A stretch of 64,000 bases of DNA from an uncultured delta proteobacterium (GTDB lineage: Bacteria; Myxococcota_A; Polyangia; Polyangiales; Polyangiaceae), in contig CAWJCS010000004.1 in NCBI GenBank assembly GCA_963841435.1, positions 288,001 through 352,000 of the forward strand. The letters are read 5' to 3'. This document shows, one piece after another, positions 62,620 to 64,000 of the stretch (its first letter is position 1; every line of letters begins with the position of its first letter). A model generated the notes under the pieces. It worked only from the letters and a program-made list of their open reading frames with translations, did no database searches and was not told the DNA's origin. The translations under genes were made by a program, and so were the position numbers.

Positions 62620-64000
62620 ATGACCCGGACACGGTCCTCGCCGGCCCGAGCAGCCGCGCCGTCGAGGGCGGGTGCCGAGCCCCCCGACGTTCGCCTCGAG
62701 GACGAGCATGTCCCGTTGCGCCTGACGGTGACGCGTGGAGCGCTGGGGCTCGAGCTCTACGAACCCGTGGCCGTCGGGCCTCTCGAGGTTCAAAACCTCG
62801 CGTTCACGCTGCCGCACCTCACGTTTCCGGTCAACCTGTCGGGCGGCGTGTCACGTTTTCGTCATCGACGCGGCGACCTGGAGCGCCTGTCACTCTGCCT
62901 GCCGTTCGATGCGCTCGCCCGGATCGTGACACCGAAGGCGCGCGCGCTCGTGCCGGGTGCGAGTCGCTCGATCGTCTGGGGTCGCGCCTACGGTGTCGGC
63001 ATCGGCATCCAGGGCTCGGGGTGCGCTCTCGCGTTCGACCTCTTGTGGGCTCCGAGCGGTCAGGATGCCCGCTTCGTCGTCACGCGCGCCCGCGGAGTCG
63101 GCCTGGAGAGCCCGGCGCTCGGTCATGCGCTGCGCGTCGCCGAGGCGGTGCTCGGCGACCTCGCGGAGCGGCACGGCCGCCTGCTCGTGATCCGCGCGGC
63201 CGGTGCCAAGCTCGGCAAAGCGCTGCTGCCCGCCGTCGGTGCTCGCGTCCCGAACGCGGAGCGCGTGCGGTTCGGCGACCTCACGGTGGAGACGGATCGC
63301 GCCCGCGTCGAGCTCGACGCGCAGATCACGCCGCCGGCGCTCGGTGCCGAAACGGTGAGGGAAGTCGAGCTCGCGCTGCTCGTCGCGGACGCCGACGACG
63401 CTCTCGTGAAGGGCGACGTCGAGGCGGCGAGGGCGGGCTACATCCACGCGCTCGAACGCGGTCCGCGGCAGCCCGAGGTCGTGCGCATGGTTGCGGAGAT
63501 CGACGCTCGGGTGCGCGGTCGAGGTGAGGCGGCGCTGGGGCTCCTCGTGGAAAGCCTGGAGGCCCGTCGGGCCGGGCTCGTCGGCGCCGAGTTGCTCGCG
63601 AGCGTCGGCGACTTTCCGGGGGCCCGCGATGCGCTGCGCGAAGCGCTGCACGACGAGCCGTTCGCGCCGCTCGCCGCGCTTGCTTACTGCCGCCTAGCCG
63701 CGCTCGAGAGCAGCGTCCCCGAGCGTCACGCGGCGCTGGACGCCGCCGTGGCGCGCGCCCCCGGCTTGCCCGAGGCGCGCTGGGCCCGCTTCGAGGCGAG
63801 GCTCGCGCGCGCTGACGTTGAGGGGGCGTTCGCCGATGCCGAGCATCTCGAGGCGGCCGTCTCCGGGGCCCGGGCGCGACACGACGCTTGCCAGCGAACC
63901 GCGCGCGCGCTGCTCGCCGAGGGCTACGTCAAGGAAGCGGGGCGGCTGTTCGAGCGCGCGCTGCGCTACGTTCCCGACGACGCCAGCGCGACGGCGGGGC
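62620..64000 (+). CDS. Large hypothetical protein with TPR-like repeats, 3'-truncated by the window edge
   Basis: Open frame from ATG 62620 to the edge with high GC3: VPLRLTVTRGALGLELYEP...GGVSRFRHRRGDL...GDVEAARAGY...AGRLFERALRYVPDD. Confidence 0.75.
   Translation, partial: MTRTRSSPARAAAPSRAGAEPPDVRLEDEHVPLRLTVTRGALGLELYEPVAVGPLEVQNLAFTLPHLTFPVNLSGGVSRFRHRRGDLERLSLCLPFDALARIVTPKARALVPGASRSIVWGRAYGVGIGIQGSGCALAFDLLWAPSGQDARFVVTRARGVGLESPALGHALRVAEAVLGDLAERHGRLLVIRAAGAKLGKALLPAVGARVPNAERVRFGDLTVETDRARVELDAQITPPALGAETVREVELALLVADADDALVKGDVEAARAGYIHALERGPRQPEVVRMVAEIDARVRGRGEAALGLLVESLEARRAGLVGAELLASVGDFPGARDALREALHDEPFAPLAALAYCRLAALESSVPERHAALDAAVARAPGLPEARWARFEARLARADVEGAFADAEHLEAAVSGARARHDACQRTARALLAEGYVKEAGRLFERALRYVPDDASATAG

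Overview
This is a very GC-rich, gene-dense 64 kb bacterial chromosome segment. The gene content points to Myxococcota, probably Polyangiaceae-like (inference). The indicators are Gly/Cys-rich lipoproteins, a Ser/Thr kinase, an FHA protein, pilC-pilS and an ECF/anti-sigma pair. Core genes are atpD-atpC, rsmA, mutS, hrpB, udk, polA, ihfA-merR, ssb and pilC-pilS. They are interleaved with uncharacterised envelope modules: (1) TBDR-lipoprotein-ExbB-ExbD-TonB-repeat protein-ECF-anti-sigma; (2) a pseudo-receiver/DUF4388-like/TM/TPR protein with YfiR and a TBDR but no enzymatic output; (3) a DUF4350-MoxR...DUF58-rsmA set split by about 12 kb; (4) two large coupled lipoproteins upstream of mutS; (5) two SGNH hydrolases flanking two divergent secreted proteins. 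I saw no rRNA, tRNA, CRISPR array, transposase or integrase. All seven clear frameshifts (including two in polA) are repaired by removing one A from (A/T)GAA. This points to a systematic sequencing artefact, possibly caused by DNA modification, rather than real pseudogenes. All family assignments come from motif recognition by eye, not database searches.
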